Shown piece by piece: positions 61,701-64,000 of a stretch of DNA of 64,000 bases. The notes under the pieces were generated by a model. It was given only the letters and a program-made list of their open reading frames with translations, was not told where the DNA came from and ran no database searches. The stretch lies in contig OZ024743.1 in NCBI GenBank assembly GCA_964016885.1, forward strand, positions 74,648,001 through 74,712,000. The letters are read 5' to 3'. Position numbers and translations under genes: made by a program. The first letter of the stretch is position 1, and each line of letters begins with the position of its first letter. This DNA comes from Eledone cirrhosa (Eukaryota).

Positions 61701-64000
61701 ACAACACCTATCTGTAGCCATAGACACCACAACACCTATCTGTAGCCATAGATACCACAACACCTATCTGTAGCCATAGACACCACAACACCTATCTGTA
61801 GCCATAGATACCACAACACCTATATGTAGCCATAGACACCACAACACCTATCTGTAGCCATAGACACCACAACACCTATCTGTAGCCATAGACACCACAA
61901 CACCTATCTGTAGCCATAGACACCACAACACCTATCTGTGACCATAGACACCACAACACCTATCTGTGACCATAGACACCACAACACCTATCTGTGACAA
62001 TAGACACCACAACACCTATATGTAGCCATAGACACCACAATACCTATCTGTAGCCATAGACACCACAACACCTACCTGTGACCATAGACACCACAACACC
62101 TATCTGTAGCCATAGACACCACAACACCTATCTGTGACCATAGACACCACAACACCTATCTGTGACCATAGACACCACAACACCTATATGTAGCCATAGA
62201 CACCACAACACCTATCTGTAGCCATAGACACCACAACACCTATCTGTAGCCATAGACACCACAACACCTATCTGTAGCCATAGACACCACAACACCTATC
62301 TGTAGCCATAGATACCACAACACCTATCTGTAGCCATAGACACCACAACACCTATCTGTAGCCATAGATACCACAACACCTATCTGTAGCCATAGACACC
62401 ACAACACCTATCTGTAGCCATAGACACCACAACACCTATATGTAGCCATAGACACCACAACACCTATCTGTGACCATAGACACCACAACACCTATCTGTG
62501 ACCATAGACACCACAACACCTATCTGTGACCATAGACACCACAACACCTATATGTAGCCATAGACACCACAATACCTATCTGTAGCCATAGACACCACAA
62601 CACCTATCTGTGACCATAGACACCACAACACCTATCTGTAGCCATAGACACCACAACACCTATCTGTGACCATAGACACCACAACACCTATCTGTGACCA
62701 TAGACACCACAACACCTATATGTAGCCATAGACACCACAACACCTATCTGTAGCCATAGACACCACAACACCTATCTGTGACCATAGACACCACAACACC
62801 TATCTGTGACCATAGACACCACAACACCTATCTGTGACCATAGACACCACAACACCTATCTGTAGCCATAGACACCACAACACGTATCTGTGACCATAGA
62901 CACCACAACACCTATCTGTAGCCATAGACACCACAACACCTATCTGTGACCATAGACACCACAACACCTATCTGTAGCCATAGACACCACAACACGTATC
63001 TGTAGCCATAGACACCACAACACCTATCTGTGACCATAGATACCACAACACCTGTCTGTAGCCATAGACACCACAACACCTATCTGTGACCATAGACACC
63101 ACAATACCTATCTGTGACCATAGATACCACAACACCTATCTGTAGCCATAGACACCACAACACCTATCTGTGACCATAGATACCACAACACCTGTCTGTA
63201 GCCATAGACACCACAACACCTATCTGTAGCCATAGACAACACAACACCTATCTGTAGCCATAGACACCACAACCCCTATATGTAGCCATAGATACCACAA
63301 CACCTATCTGTGACCATAGACACCACAACACCTATCTGTGACCATAGACACCACAACACCTATCTGTGACAATAGACACCACAACACCTATCTGTAGCCA
63401 TAGACACCACAACACCTATCTGTAGCCATAGACACCACAACACCTATCTGTGACCATAGACACCACAACACCTATCTGTGACCATAGACACCACAACACC
63501 TATCTCTAGCCATAGACACCACAACACCTATCTGTGACCATAGACACCACAACACCTATCTGTGACCATAGACACCACAACACCTATATGTAGCCATAGA
63601 CACCACAATACCTATCTGTAGCCATAGACACCACAACACCTATCTGTGACCATAGACACCACAACACCTATCTGTAGCCATAGACACCACAACACCTATC
63701 TGTGACCATAGACACCACAACACCTATCTGTGACCATAGACACCACAACACCTATTTGTAGCCATAGACACCACAACACCTATCTGTAGCCATAGACACC
63801 ACAACACCTATCTGTGACCATAGACACCACAACACCTATCTGTGACCATAGACACCACAACACCTATCTGTGACCATAGACACCACAACACCTATCTGTA
63901 GCCATAGACACCACAACACGTATCTGTGACCATAGACACCACAACACCTATCTGTAGCCATAGACACCACAACACCTATCTGTGACCATAGACACCACAA
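54700..64000. repeat. Higher-order duplication, about 4.79 kb (171 units), second copy runs off the window; boundaries approximate
   Basis: Offset 4788: G11T (catatac) 56207/60995 and tatttgtagc 58968/63756. The unit order between the markers matches. Confidence 0.85.

Larger units (their letters stand above)
1..64000. repeat. Tandem satellite array of a 28-bp monomer, consensus TGTAGCCATAGACACCACAACACCTATC / TGTGACCATAGACACCACAACACCTATC (~2,286 copies, extends beyond both window edges)
   Basis: Read directly. Units begin at 1, 29, 57 and so on. Lines spaced 420 bp apart (lcm of 28 and 60), from 1, 421 and 841 through 63841, begin at unit position 1. The monomer has 10 A, 10 C, 5 T and 3 G (46% GC). 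Differences between units are substitutions. Confidence 0.99.

Noticed and set aside
1-64000. CRISPR array (28 bp is a typical CRISPR repeat length)
   Set aside because: Units are directly adjacent with no unique spacers, leader or cas genes.
1-64000. Giant repetitive protein-coding gene
   Set aside because: 28 is not divisible by 3, and TAG occurs in nearly every unit on both strands (caTAGa on plus, gaTAGg on minus), so every frame stops about every 84 bp.
1-64000. Minus-strand ORF under a TAG-reassigned genetic code (84-bp period reading DRCCGVYGYR*VLWCLWLQIGVVVSMAT)
   Set aside because: TAG is the only consensus stop on that strand, but whole-unit gains and losses that are not multiples of 3 units (e.g. 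1, 2 and 4 units) occur freely. There is no start context or evidence of recoding.
1-64000. AG/GA pattern as an encoded binary message or synthetic construct
   Set aside because: The pattern is explained by nested duplications carrying shared rare substitutions, as expected for natural satellite evolution. No adapters or designed boundaries are present.
1-64000. Canonical G-quadruplex array on the G-rich strand
   Set aside because: The consensus has only GG dinucleotides and no GGG tracts. At most weak two-tier structures are possible, which sequence alone cannot support.
1-64000. Assignment to a named satellite family, centromere, plasmid iteron region or organism
   Set aside because: I do not recognise the monomer with confidence and there is no flanking sequence. 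A BLAST, Dfam or Repbase search and centromeric-histone ChIP data would be needed.
1-64000. Rolling-circle sequencing concatemer or pure artefact
   Set aside because: Rare variants recur at exact multi-kb offsets with changing periods, and copies carry private differences. This is not expected from re-reading one small circle, although individual duplications could still be misassembled.

Overview
The whole 64,000-bp window is one uninterrupted head-to-tail tandem array (satellite/minisatellite DNA) of a 28-bp monomer, consensus TGT[AG/GA]CCATAGACACCACAACACCTATC, about 2,285.7 copies. There is no unique sequence and no gene, RNA gene, transposon or CRISPR spacer. Both strands carry TAG in almost every unit and 28 is not a multiple of 3, so no standard-code ORF longer than roughly 28 codons is expected. 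The information lies in the array's internal structure. (1) The 28-bp register holds from the first base to the last. (2) Two co-dominant monomer types (AG and GA at unit positions 4-5) are interleaved. (3) Rare single-base variants reveal successive multi-kb tandem duplications with periods of 74, 212-213, 192-194, 155-159, 133, 199 and 171 units. (4) Variant content turns over from left to right near 36-39.5 kb. (5) An imperfect palindrome spans the unit junction. (6) The strands are strongly asymmetric, and the G/T-rich strand resembles long yeast-type telomeric repeats. The organism and chromosomal location cannot be determined from this window. Duplication boundaries are approximate; marker positions were read by eye. 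Unit positions are numbered from the T of TGT (1) to the final C (28).
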